64,000 nt of DNA from Batkoa obscura (taxonomy: Eukaryota), in contig JASVEC010000010.1 of assembly GCA_030770535.1 (NCBI GenBank), positions 310,001 through 374,000 of the forward strand, in the 5' to 3' direction. A program made the position numbers and the translations under genes. Below are positions 26,124 through 39,434 of this stretch, one piece after another (position 1 is the first letter of the stretch; each line of letters opens with the position of its first letter). The notes beneath the pieces are model-generated. The model ran no database searches and was not told the origin of the DNA. It was given only the letters and a program-made list of their open reading frames with translations.

Positions 26124-26687
26124 ATGGTAATACCTTTGTTTTTATTCATTTTTAACACTTGAATAGACGAGCTCACACTTTAAATGCAAAAAATTCGGAA
26201 ACAAGCTTTTTTTACAATAAAAAAATATAGAAACATGAAGTAAATACAAATAAACTAATCCTATTCTGATAAGGTTAAAGCTTACGAACTCCGTGAAAAA
26301 TCCAAAGCCGAGCTTACTCAACAATTAAATGAGCTTAAGCAAGAGCTTTCCAAACTTCGTGTACAACAAGTTGTCAACCCACAATCAAGCCAACTTTCCC
26401 ACATGTAATTATACCAGTATAAATATTTTGTGAGAAAAAACTAATATTAAATTAGCACTCAAGTACGTAAATCCATTGCTCGTGTATTAACTGTCATGAC
26501 TGCCAATGCTCGTGCTAACCTCCGTGAGCTTTACAGCGGAAAAAAGCACCTTCCTCTTGATCTCCGTGCCAAGAAGACTCGTGCTATCCGTCGTCAACTT
26601 ACCAAGGAAGAACTTAGCCGTAAAACCGTTAAGCAAACTAAACGTGAACGTCACTTCCCTGCTCGTAAGTACGCCATCAAGGCTTAA
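26124..26687 (+). CDS. RPL35: 60S ribosomal protein L35 (uL29), 3 exons
   Basis: ATG|intron|[31 protein letters not shown]...[11 protein letters not shown]...[14 protein letters not shown]...[10 protein letters not shown]. Confidence 0.97.
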
Positions 26688-27729
26688 AATAAGTTATAAG
26701 TAATAAATATTAACCAAAAAACGAATCAATTGAGAGGAAGTGCCCTTTGTTATACAGATTATCTTGATTAAATTGTATACTATATGCTTATGGATTAACC
26801 TGTTTTAGGTAATTTTTTGTGGAATTATAATGGACTATAGTTTGTTTTGAATATTTGACATTCACTTTTAATGAGTATTGTAGTTATAATAACAAATGAA
26901 ATTACAAATGAGTGCTAAGGGTTATTCCAACACTAACAAATATCCAAATATTTATAGCAGATAGTATTCTTAATTCAATTTAGGTTTTTTAATAGTATTT
27001 AAAAATGATTCATCACAATGAGTATCTAGCTCTTTCGATGTTTTTTAATTATTTTAATTATTTTATATACATTTGAGAATGCTGACAATAAAAACAAATT
27101 TAATTTTTTAACAAAATATATACCTTTTAAGACTAACCTATATAATTTCTCATATAATATTGCCCTTTTGATAAACGACTAAATAATAATTACATAATAC
27201 TTATTTCCGTAATGGATGAGTGAGATAAAGAAATGTTATAGTGCTAAAGTTTTTAGTTGATGTGATAAAATTAAAAGTATAAAACGAGGTAGTATATTTG
27301 CCTTGCAGCATGAAAATTTATTCTGCAGATCTCAAAAGAATAATTAGTGTTCAAAGTACTGCTTAACATTGTATACATAAATTTCTCGGATATTTAACTT
27401 AGACCTAAAATTATTAATATCTGAGCAAACCTTACATGGGATATAACATTGCAAAAGACTTGATATACTTTAAAAATGTTAGCTCAGTTTAATATAAAAA
27501 ATAATTAGACAAAGCTATAAAATAGACTAAGTAAAAACAAAAAATTATAATTCAAATCGTAATTTGTGTAATACAATAAAATAAACTAATGATTTAAAAT
27601 ATAATTTATATAACATTATAAAATAAATTTTTTTTCAATATTTTAGATATACCGAATCAAAAACTTCTTATAAGAAATAATTGCACAAGTTAGCAGTAAT
27701 ATGATATCTATGTCTTAACTAATATTCTC

Positions 27730-28559
27730 TTAAAAACGTCCACGGCCCCCACCACGGCCCCCACCGAAACCTCCACGGCCACCGCCTCCTCCTCCTCTAC
27801 CTCCACCAAATCCTCCACGGCCTCCTCCGCGACCTCCACCGAAACCTCCTCCGCGACCTCCACCAAAGCTTCCACCACGGCCTCCACCTCTACCCCCTCC
27901 AAATCCTCCGCGGCCTCCACCACGAGCTCCTCCTCTACCACCACCAAATCCTCCACGGCCTCCACCACGAGCTCCTTTTGGACCTATAAAAAGTTAAATT
28001 GTGCTATTTTTTAAAACAATTCAATCCTACCTTTAGGTTTAGAAGCTAATGAAAAAGTTAAATAGTTATCAAAATAAAAAAGAATAATAACAAACCTTTA
28101 TCAGCAGCAGGTTTAGGTAAGAAACGTTCAATTGGTAAAAGTTTTTCAGCAGCGATATAAAATTTATCGTCTTTTTTATAAGAGGTAGCAAGTACACCTT
28201 CGGATGGTTTGATAGTGAAATACTAATAAAAAATTTCATATTAATATAATACCACAAAGTTATTTTCAATAAAACCCTACCACTTCGTTAAGAGGACCAA
28301 GGATTTCATCTACTTTACCAATCGGTCTTTTATTTTGTAAATAAATTGGAGCATTGAAATAAGGGATCTTAGCATTTGTTGATTTACATACTATATCTCC
28401 AGCAGTTGCATGGATGAAATAACCCATTTCTATACATTTATGTTTAGTACTCATGCTTTAAAGTCGAAATTTTTGAGGTTTACCTATAACCTCAGAAGGT
28501 GGTTCGTTGTAGTTATCACGTCCACCAAAACTTCTTTTAAATCCACCACGAGAACCCAT
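27730..28559 (-). CDS. GAR1: H/ACA snoRNP subunit Gar1 (5 exons)
   Basis: MGSRGGF start; [38 protein letters not shown] and a long RGG/FGG C-terminal repeat. Confidence 0.95.
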
Positions 28560-29123
28560 TTTCTAATTTGTTAAAGTTAAGTTTATTGTTTCTATTCGAG
28601 TTATAGGTTATTTTATTTACCTATTTTTTCTTAATATTAAATGTTAAGATTGTTAGCCTTTTTTATTCAATCTTTTTAAATTCTTGGAATTTATTATGGG
28701 ACGTTTAAAAATCTTCTTTAAAAGTTAAAATTTAAAAGTTGGTAGTTTTAATATTTCTAAAAATAAATAATAAATTTTCAAAAATTAAGTTTTAAATGAA
28801 AGTGAAGTTTATTGCTAGTAAGCACTTTAATGCTGAAAAAAATTCTAAAAATGCAATTTTAATATGTGTTATTTTTTAATATAATTAAATCTATTTTTAA
28901 AACTATGCTTTTATATTATGATGTTATTTCATCATATTAAGAATAGCTTTATTTTATAGCACTCAGAAAGCTACCTTTCACTTTAAAAACTTAGCTGCAA
29001 ATTGATTATAAAAAGCTGCGCATTTTAACCTCTAGTTAACGCAGTAAAGTAAGTAGTATAAAAGCAAACCAAAAACTAAGCCTTTATAAATTAATAACCC
29101 TTTTTTAAAAAGAAAATATAGTG

Positions 29124-30134
29124 ATGGCTGTACGTAAGTGACCAAATAGCTAAAAAAAGCGAATAACAAAACTAACGAATTCTTTTCTTAATTTATTTTA
29201 GGTGCTCAATTTGAAAATAATAATGAGATTGGTGTATTTTCTCGTTTAACCAACTCTTACTGCTTAGTTGCCATTGGTGGTTCTGAAAACTTTTATAGGT
29301 AAGTAAACTAAGATACAACAAAAACAAACTTATTGAATATTGAAAAAACAATAGTGTTTTCGAAGGTGAATTATCCGATGCTATGCCCGTAATTCATACT
29401 TCTATCGCTGGTACCAGAATCGTTGGTTCTCTTACCGTTGGTAATAAAAATGGTCTATTAGTTCCAAGCGGTACAACTGATCAAGTAAGTTGATATAGCT
29501 GTAGTAGTTAATCAATATTAATCTAGTATTTAGGAACTTCAACATTTGAGAAATTCTTTACCAGATAAAGTAGCTATCCAAAGGATAGAAGAACGTTTAT
29601 CTGCTTTAGGTAATGTAGTTGCCTGTAACGATTATGTAGCTTTAGTGCATCCTGATATTGACAGGGTAATAATTAGCAAGCTATAGCTTTAAAGAAAGTA
29701 GTTAACGTTTTTTAGGAAACAGAAGAGATCATTGCTGATGTTTTACAAGTCGAAGTATTTAGACATACTGTAGCGGATAATGTATTAGTTGGTAGTTTCT
29801 GTTCATTTAGTAATCAAGGTGGTATGGTTCATCCTTCCACTAGTATTCAAGATCAAGATGAACTTTCTTCTCTTTTACAAGTACCTTTAGTTGTAAGGAA
29901 TTTTAATTTAGAAAAAAAGAAAACTTGTTTACTTTTATTTAGGCAGGTACTGTAAATCGAGGATCTAATGTACTTGGAGCAGGATTAGTAGTCAATGATT
30001 GGGCTGCTTTTTGTGGTATGGATACTACAGCAACTGAACTTTCAGTTGTTGAAAGTATCTTCAAACTTCAAGATGCTAAACCATCAGCGTTTATTAATGA
30101 TATGCGTGATTCTTTAGTTGATAACTATGCTTAA
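29124..30134 (+). CDS. TIF6: Eukaryotic translation initiation factor 6 (6 exons)
   Basis: [23 protein letters not shown]...[18 protein letters not shown]...AGTVNRGS...[14 protein letters not shown]. Confidence 0.97.
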
Positions 30135-30280
30135 ACCCAACTTTTCTCTTATTTATAAAAAAAATAGACTTTTTTTATAATGGATAATTATTTTTAAGTG
30201 TTAAAATTCAAACTTTTATAAGAATATGAGTAATAAAATAAAAATAATTACATTAATATACTTAATTTTAATTTCTATTT

Positions 30281-31573
30281 TTATTTTTGAACTTTTGTAT
30301 TCTCACTCTCATTTACTTCCTTTCTATCCTGTATTTTAGCTAACTGCTTTCCAATACTTAAAGCCAATTCATTATCGGCTGCTGCATTAGCCAAAGACAA
30401 AGCTTTTGAAAGACACGCTTGAGCTTGATTAAAATCTTTTTTAAGGGTATAAAAGCTTGCCAAAGTTTTCATTGCAGTAGCACCAGATACTTCGCCATCA
30501 ATAGTACGGTGATGATATGGTTCGGATGTTTTGTAAGACTTCCATGCCCATGGCAAACTCTCTTCCACAGATCCTGTCTTTCCATACGTTGTTTGGGCAA
30601 TGTAACCTAGTACAATGGACTCAATAGCTCCCCATGGATGTAATGGTTTAGTTTCAGTGTCTGAAGAAGCATTTTTGTTTTGAATTTCATTATTACTAAT
30701 TATTGGATTTAACTTTTGTATATCTTTTAAACAGTCAAAATAAAGATTTAAAGCTAAGTCATACTCCTTTTTTAAAGTTGAATTTAAAGCTAATTCAATA
30801 CGATAATCTAAATTAATTTTTTCGAAACTTATATGATTGATAATCAATTTAGTTAAACTATCTTTAAACTCACTCTCTTGAATTCGATCTTTAAATTTTT
30901 CTGATAATTCAAACCCATTAATTAAATATTCTTTTGCTAAATCGTATTGTTTCATTTGAGTATATAACCTACTTATCTGTAAACCAGCTTGAAGTAATTT
31001 GATTAATTTTAGTTGATCAAAAGCCACTCCTTTATTCCCGATTAAACTATACCAAACTTGTAAATAACAATCAAGTGCATCTTGATATTGTTTTCTAATC
31101 TTAAAATTTTCTCCTAATCGAAAATTAACGTCAATTAATTCAATAGAATCCATAGCAACCTCATGATCTAATAATATCTTTTCTTTTGCTTTGGTTAAAT
31201 ACATTTCTACTAAAGCTGGATCTGGTTGGTATTCTTCACGTAAATAAGCACCACGAAGATAGCTTCGAACTTCGGAGGAGAGTTTATCACTAGTTGGATG
31301 CAAATAAAATTCAATGTAAAGATGAGTAAAGAACCATGCTCCTAATGCAAATCCAGTTAACGAAGCTGAAATTACAAATGCTAAACCAAGACGTCGACCA
31401 GGACCTAATAGCTGAGAACGGAAAGTATTGGTTTTATATAATATAGGTTGGCCTTGAGTAGTTGAATATAAAACAGCTAGCCTCTTGGTTGGCAATACTG
31501 TTTTTATTAAAGGCTTTAAGACACTGCCTCGCTGCAGTAGGTTGGATTGACGATAAATGAGTTTTAATAACAT
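30281..31573 (-). CDS. Mitochondrial TPR-like membrane protein (possibly Mgr3/TTC19-like)
   Basis: 430-aa ORF with a basic, acid-free N-terminal presequence, one TM segment and helical TPR-like repeats (YQDALDCY, YDLAKEYL, FNQAQACL). Confidence 0.75.
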   Translation of the reverse strand: MLLKLIYRQSNLLQRGSVLKPLIKTVLPTKRLAVLYSTTQGQPILYKTNTFRSQLLGPGRRLGLAFVISASLTGFALGAWFFTHLYIEFYLHPTSDKLSSEVRSYLRGAYLREEYQPDPALVEMYLTKAKEKILLDHEVAMDSIELIDVNFRLGENFKIRKQYQDALDCYLQVWYSLIGNKGVAFDQLKLIKLLQAGLQISRLYTQMKQYDLAKEYLINGFELSEKFKDRIQESEFKDSLTKLIINHISFEKINLDYRIELALNSTLKKEYDLALNLYFDCLKDIQKLNPIISNNEIQNKNASSDTETKPLHPWGAIESIVLGYIAQTTYGKTGSVEESLPWAWKSYKTSEPYHHRTIDGEVSGATAMKTLASFYTLKKDFNQAQACLSKALSLANAAADNELALSIGKQLAKIQDRKEVNESENTKVQK

Positions 31574-31753
31574 TTTTTAGATTTTGATAGTTTTGGCAAA
31601 AAAATACTTGATTCTGAATGATGATTTGAGTTTTGTGAAAAAATAGGCTTGACAAAATTTATTTTAAAAAAGCTACAAAGATTTAAAAACTTTATTTTTA
31701 TTTTTACAAAAAAATTTAAACAAAACAAAAAGATTAAAGGCATACAAACATTA

Positions 31754-31850
31754 GGGGATGTATTTTTTTGTTTAAGAATTTTACTAGCAACCTTTTCACT
31801 CAAATAGCGCTTAAAAAATGAAAAAAGTAATGAAACCAAAAAACATCCTC
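31754..31850 (+). mobile_element. MITE family A copy
   Basis: GGGGATG...CATCCTC plus core. Confidence 0.85.
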
Positions 31851-31977
31851 ATATATTAATAATATTGACTTACAAATAATTTTATTTAGTAATAATAAAT
31901 TTCATGCTTCTTTATAAAAAAAATTATAATATTTTAATACAGCTCTTTTGTTTTTTCCTACATCGATATTTTATATA

Positions 31978-33561
31978 TTAAGCTAGAAGGGCACGCATCC
32001 AAATCCTTGTTTTGTATACTTTAAATAATTCACGTACTAATTCACGGAAATCAATTCTTTCTTCAGCTCGATAAAAGAAAGTCAACTTACGACGATCCCT
32101 ATTATAACATTAATATCTATTATAACTATATTATATATATATTTACCATTGATACTCAGCATCAACAATTTCCATAGGCAAATTATGATGTCTTAATTTA
32201 ACATGACACATTTGTAAAGCTTTAGCTTCATCTTGGGCTTTAGTAACTAATTGACTAACTTCAGCTGGATGGGCATGTCTTAAAATTCTTTTGGGTTCAA
32301 ACTGCCTTGGTGTATCCGCCATTTTCATACGATGTTCCGCTTGAATTTGTTGAAGTTGCATCATATTTACCCGATCTTTAACAATTTTTCCTAAATCTTG
32401 ACCACGATCTGCTTCAACTATGACTAAGTCTCCTACTTTATATGTAGTCATAGAATCTAATGGCATATAGTAAGCATCCATACGATCATGTTTAAATTCA
32501 ACTACAAAATAATTTTCTCCTTCTTTCGAATTCATATTACTATTCATATTATCTATCTTATATGTTTCCGTATATTCTGGCATATTTTCTTTAGGTAAAG
32601 CATATGTTTTTGAAATCGGATCATTATGTTCAGATGGAGTAGGTGGAGATTGATGACGTATTGGAAAAGCAGAAGCAGCTACTGAATGACGACGACCAGA
32701 TAATGGGGCTGAGTTTTCAATCCATAAATTATCTAATTGCTGACTAAGTTGATCTTCAAAATCTAAATCGATACCAAATTGAGGTGCTAATGAAAAACGT
32801 CTAGATACTCGACTACTAGCTTGACTAGTAATTGAATCGGTTGAACCTAAAGATTGAGTAGCTAATGAAGATGAACTTAGTGAATCACTTCTCGAATAAC
32901 TTAAATAGTTAGAATTACCAAAAGGAATTGATAAGGAGGGATCCATATCATAGTTATTATAGCCATTTGATCTTAACCCATGTAAAGGATTAGTATAACC
33001 CATTGTACGATTAGGTAATAAATCACTAGCTGGATTTAATGACATACGACGAGTTTGAAATGCGAACTTTTGATATGAATTATAATCAAATTGAGATTTC
33101 ATTGAGTTGTCATTTAATCCATTCCAGGAAGCAGCATTACTTTTATCTTCTTGATTCCAAAAATCTGAATTCATTTTTGGTTGAATTGATTTGCCATTTT
33201 GGATCCTACTTGTAGCTTCAGCTAATTGGGTTAAATGATTTAAATTGAAAGAATCATCAGACAGCTGAGGTAAAAATGAAACACTAGCAGCACGAGTAAG
33301 TTTAGGCATCATTTTTGGATTACTATTTTGTACTGGTAAGGAAATACCTGGAGGCGCAGCTAATGAGGAACGACGTGATGATGAAGCTGATTTTATCCAT
33401 GAGCTATCAAACCCTGCTTTAATTTCGTCTTTTGGCTCTGATGGAATAGTAGCTGAAGTCTATAAAGAAAAAGATAAGTAAACTTTAGATTTAGAAACAA
33501 AACGATAAAAACTTACTGTTGGAGTAAATGGTTTAGAATGGGGATTAAGTAAGGTAGCCAT
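31978..33561 (-). CDS. PSP1: PSP1 family protein (3 exons)
   Basis: [18 protein letters not shown] and [21 protein letters not shown]...[20 protein letters not shown] form the PSP1 C-terminal domain; Ser-rich N-terminus with RRxS sites. Confidence 0.9.
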
Positions 33562-34901
33562 TGTCACTAGTAATAAATAATAATTTTCTGTAAAAGGTAA
33601 TATAAAGTATTAATTGGATATAATAAATAAGATCTAGAAAAAGGAATGAACTTCTAAGGATCTAATATAAAAAGATAAATAAAAAGTGAGTTTCTATTAA
33701 AATTGTTAAAATTTTATAAAATCGAAGTTTATAAATAATATCAATTTGAGAAGATAATTAAGTAAAAAAATTACAAATAAAAATGTTCTTTTGTTAGCTT
33801 AAATACTATTTTTTTATATTAAATATAGATGATTAAAATTTAAGGAGTAATCCCCAACAAAATAGCTAATAAAAGCTTTAAAACTTATGTTACAGTTGAA
33901 TCATTAGATTCTAAATTACTATTTTAAGCTCATTTTACCTCCCCTAAAGCGTCATTACTCAATCTGCAATTTGCCTACTTTTGTCATTTTTTTAGGATAA
34001 GCCAATGAACGAGTTCATATCTTAATCATTACAAATCAATCCACCAATAAAATTTATTCTGTTTTATATTTTTACTAAAAGCTTTTGTTTATTTATTTTT
34101 TGTTCTCCATAACAATTTCGTATGCATAGTTCAGTTGGGTCCAATAAATCAATTGTATCCCCAAATTTTTTACGTTTTTAATGCTTCAATAAAAAGTTAC
34201 CTGTTTATTATTTTAGATTTATTGGTAGAAGTTTTGTTCATCATTTTTCTTTAGAGAATTAAATAAGGGATGAAAAATAGAAAATAAAAACAAATAGAAA
34301 ATACTAGTTAATTTAAAAGATGATCCATTTCCTTATATTTACTAGATTGAATTCATTATTTTATTCAATATGTTAAATCAGACTTTTTTAAATTATTATT
34401 AATTTAAACTATAAATAATGAATTAATATAATAATTCTTAATATATTAATAAAATAAGAGATGAAAGTTAATATTAATGATAATAATCAATTAAAATTTA
34501 TAAAACTAACTCTAAAAAAATAATTAGCTCTTGGAGAAAGTGGGGTAAGTTAAAATTTAATACTTGATATGAAACCGAAATTGACAAGTTTATTGTTAAG
34601 ATAAAGTAAAATAAAATAAAATAGTAGTAATATTTTAAAAAAACACAATATTAACATATATAATTAATAGTAGGATTGTAATAAGTAAACAATCAAAATG
34701 AAAAAGAATTAAGAATTAATACTAAATGTTAAAATGTGTATACCTGTATTTTTTTTGTTGGAATGTTTACTGTAATTTACTATTCTAGATATGTAGAAAA
34801 TAACAAACAAATACAATAAAAAAGCAGTTATAATATAACAACAATCACTAGATAAATTTCTGTAAAAATAAGCATACTTGTTATTCTCTAGTAACTATTT
34901 A

Positions 34902-36900
34902 TTAAACCACAGGATGTTTTAATACAGACATAACCCCACCAACCAGATGTAAAGAACCTGTAACTAAAACTTGAGCTTTTAAACCATTGGTTTTGTTTTG
35001 AGATGTCTCATTTATCTTTTGTTGAATTGTATCACATGCTATTTGTATAGTTGGAAATACTAAAGCTATTGATGACTAAAATAAAATTTATCATTTATTA
35101 TTTATACTATATAATTTGATATAAATTTAAACTTACTTTTTTATCTTTATACTCATCTTCCCAGATTTGCTTCAATTGATTTTGAATTTCTAATTTTTCA
35201 TTATTTTCCAATGTATGATTGACACTGTCCAACATCTGTACACTACCCACAATATTAGGACAAAGTATTAAGTTTGATACATTTACATTCTTTTTTTTCA
35301 CTTCCCGTAAAATTATATTAAATAACAATTTAGCATCTCGATCCTTAGCTCCATTGAATAAAATATAAGTTGGTAACTCTGGATCATAGTTTTCCAAATA
35401 CCATTTAATACTTAATTCAATACTATCTGTGGTATGTGCACCATCCAGGTACCATTCAATTCCATAAGTGTCAATGTAACGTTGGCTACGTCCTGGCCAA
35501 GTAGTATTGTTGAGTGAGGTGATGACTGATTCGGGTATTTCATTTGTTTTGTTTTTATTTAAAAAGCTTTGACAGAGTTCATAAGCTAATGAAGCATTTT
35601 CTAATTGATGTGAACCAGAAAGAGCTAAGAAAACTATTAATATAGATTTATAAATCAACCATTTTATCATTACCCAAATTTAATTTATTAAAATTGCTAT
35701 ATTCTGTTAATGGTTTAACTATTTCTAAACTAACCTAGTAAATTAAGGTATTAATAATAAAATTATTGATTATTGATTATTAATTATCAATTTTACTTTT
35801 TTTTCATTTGCTCTATCTACCAAAACTTTACTAGCTTCTTTACTCAATTGTTTCACTGTAAAAGCTGGACTTCCAGTCTAAAATTAATAAAATAAATAAA
35901 ACATTCAATCTCTTTTCTATAATCAATAATTATCTAGATCAAAAACTTACTTTCATAATTCCTGCTTTATGCCAAGCAATTTCTTGAATAGTATTACCTA
36001 ATAAATTGGTATGATCTAAACCAAGATGGGAGATACCAGTTACTTTAGGGTGTAATATTATATTGGTACTATCATATTCTCCACCTATTCCAACCTCCAA
36101 TATGGTGGCTTGAACCTAAAAGAAGAAGGAAAGGTTAAATTTAATATTTTTCATGATACTTTATTATAATACTTACTTTTTCTTGAATAAAAGCATGGAA
36201 AGCTAATAAAGTTAAAAATCGAAAATAAGAAGGACCGGGTAAATAAGGGTTGATTTTGGATTTCTATACAATATAAAAAATCATTTAATTATTTAATTTA
36301 ATAATATTATTAATAAAAAAATTATTTCAAATATTACTTTTTTACCAATCAGTCGATCATAACAATAATAAAAATAAGTACAAAACTTTTTTCTATCTAA
36401 TGGAATGCCATTAATTCTAATTCTTTCTCGAACTTCTATCATATGAGGGGAAGTAAATAAACCTATTAAGAAAATTATTTACTGCTATTATAGTGAATAA
36501 ATAATCCTTTATTTACCTGTCTTTAAGTTGCAATTTTTCAAAATGTTTTGACAAAAAGCAGCAGTCGAACCCTTTCCTTTTGTTCCAGTTATATGAATTA
36601 TATTTAATTGATCTAATTCTTCTGCCTATTTAATAACAAAATTACCAATTCAACTTTTATACAGTCCTTTTTTATAATAAAAATAACTTACCTTATAACC
36701 TATTAAATCTAAATATTCATGCATTTCAGGTATGGAATTTTTAAATAAATTCCCTCGATTTTCATTGATTTCTTTTATAATACTAGCATTACTTTGTAAA
36801 TTATTTAAATCATTAACAGCGGTCTAAATATAGTTTGTAAGTATTTAGAGTTGAATTTTCATTATTTCTTATTAAATTCTACTTCATAACTTCTTTCCAT
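34902..36900 (-). CDS. MET7: Folylpolyglutamate synthase (multi-exon)
   Basis: LNNLQSNA, IIHITGTKGKGST, FTSPH...RERIRING, LEVGIGGEYDSTN, LGLDH, WPGRSQ, YLDGAHT and VLVTGSLHLVG. Confidence 0.93.
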
Positions 36901-37057
36901 TTTTTAATATTGAATTTTAAGTAAAAAACAATTTTAACACAAACTAATCTCAAAAAAATTGACTAAAAAAAGCCACGTAAGCTATATCATTGGTTATCTT
37001 AAAAAAAGTACAAAAAAAGATAATAAAAAACAATTATAAAAAACACTTAAATTATAT

Positions 37058-37678
37058 TTAATAAAAATCGGTATCCACAAAATCCACAGAAAAACCTTGT
37101 TGAAATAATACTTCTTTCCTTTTCTTTTCAAGTTTACGTAAATTTTCTTTTTCTTCAATTTCCATCTCCCTAACTTGTTCCACCGGTAACTCATATAATT
37201 CTAAAGAATCTTCAATTTCACCATCCTAGATTTAAAAAATCCATTAATATCTTTGTTTCTTTTTCATATTTCTTTGATGTTTTCTAAAATTTATAAGAAC
37301 CTACAATTTCACCCATTAACACTACATTTTCACCACGAACAACATAGATCCCCAACTCAACATCTCCATATCCTTCACCAGCATAAACTCTTTCAACTGT
37401 ATCTTGTAGTACCAAGTTGGCTATCAATTAAAATAAATTTTTCTTTATTTATTAATTATTAATTAAATTTAATAACAAAAGTTACCATATTGATCATATG
37501 TTCTAAGATAACCTATCAACTTACGTCCATCTCGTAATATTACTAAGACTCGTTCTATAAAATTTAGAAAAATTTAGAATAATGAATTAGTTTAATGAAT
37601 TGTAATTTTACTATCAACACTTTCACTTAATGAGGCTGAAGTCGTAAACAAAGATTGCTCTTTAATTAATTTATCCAT
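37058..37678 (-). CDS. LSM1: Sm-like protein Lsm1 (4 exons)
   Basis: [39 protein letters not shown] and GIYVVRGENVVLMGEID. Confidence 0.93.
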
Positions 37679-38006
37679 TTTTTTCTTTTTTTATTAGAAT
37701 ATGTAGAAAGATATTATATATAAGAAAAGTTAGCATTAACTTTATCATTATTTGAAATAATCCTTTCCTTTGATTCATTGGTTCTTTTCTAACTTGAGTT
37801 TTTTTTAGCACTAATTCATTATTTTTTAGAAAAATTGCCAATCAAAAAAATAACTTAATTTTTAGCTCCACCAAAAATAGTTGATATCTAAGTTTATCCA
37901 ATCATAACCTTGCACTTGAAATTTAAGGATTTATTGGACCTAAAGTATTCAATTCTCAAGCTAATATTTGTTATACAATTGACTATCAGGTAGGAAGGAT
38001 TCGAAA

Positions 38007-39202
38007 ATGCAAGCACAACGACCTATACGTACATCTGGAATCCAATCAGCAGAAGGAGATAGTATGGGAAGTTATGAATCTTTAGAAGAAACAGTTAGTT
38101 GGGTCCATTGGTATTGTTCTATGAGTGGAAATGAGTTTTATTGTGAAGTACCTGAAGAATATATTGAAGATGATTTTAATTTAACTGGATTACCTTCCTT
38201 GGTAAAAGATTATGATAGATGTATTGATACTATTTTAGATATTGAACAAGGTAAATTTAAAAGGAGATTCTTTTTTGAAAAAAAATTAAAGGATCTTTTT
38301 AAAAAAATAGAGGAAATGGAATCGGATACCGATGAAGCTTTATTAGAAGAAAATGCCGAAAAATTATATGGTTTAATACATGCAAGATATATTATTACTA
38401 AACATGGATTATATACCATGGTAAGTATTTTGTTAATCTATTACAATTTTTTTAATAGAACTATTTCTAATTTATTATTATTATTTAGCATAACAAATAC
38501 GCCAATGGAGCCTTCGGTGTTTGTCCAAGAGATTTATGTTATGGCGCACATGTATTACCAGTGGGTATTTCGGATGTGATGAATGTTAGTACCGTCAAAT
38601 TATTTTGTCCTTCTTGTTTGGATTTATATAATCCTCCTTCTTCAAGGTATAGTTCAGTAGATGGTAAGTAATAGGTTTTTAATCATATATATGTATATAT
38701 ATATATATATTGAATTCAATTAATATCGAATTAATTTCATTAATTTTCTATTTATTTAGGGGCTTTTTTTGGTACCACTTTTCCTCATCTATTTATGTTG
38801 ACTTACCCTGATGTTATTCATTGTAGAGAACCAGAAGATGGTATTCAATTTATTTATCAAGAACGTATCTTTGGATTTAAAGTGAATGAAAATGCGGCTT
38901 CAGGAGGTAAAATGAAATGGTTAAGAAGATATATTCGTGGGGAAGATTTTAATTTACCACCAAATATTCCTAGAGATCGAGTTATTTCTCATGAATTGTT
39001 AAATCAATTACAAAATGGAGAGATGGATGCGGAGGAGAATTTGGAGGAGAAGGATATCGGAGATGAAAGTAGTGTGTTGGGTCAAGATATTAAAAAAAGT
39101 AAACTTGAACAAATAAGGAATATTGAAAATAATGGAGAGAATAATGGAGAAAATAATGGAGAAAATAGCCCAGAGAATGTTACCAACTCTATCCAAGGTT
39201 AA
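38007..39202 (+). CDS. CKB1: Casein kinase II regulatory beta subunit (4 exons)
   Basis: SWVHWYC...FYCEVPEEYIEDDFNLTGL, LYGLIHARYI, FGVCPRDLC, VKLFCPSCLDLY, DGAFFGTTFPHL and RIFGFK. Confidence 0.95.
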
Positions 39203-39434
39203 AATTAAATTTAATCGGAGAATTTATTAGATGTCTTTTAAGCTATTAAAATTTAGTTTTTTTTATAGATTTTTAGAATTTATTTTTATTACTTATTTTC
39301 ATTGTTTATTTTCATTGTTTATTGGCTCCATTTTTTAATTTGATGTAGTCATAATTGAAATTTAATATATTAAAATTTTTAAATTAATGTTCTGATTTTT
39401 TTGATGTTATTTATAAAGAATTAAGATCCAAATT

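Noticed and set aside
27708..27968. VEAVED-repeat ORF
   Set aside because: Alternative frame of the GAR1 RGG tail.
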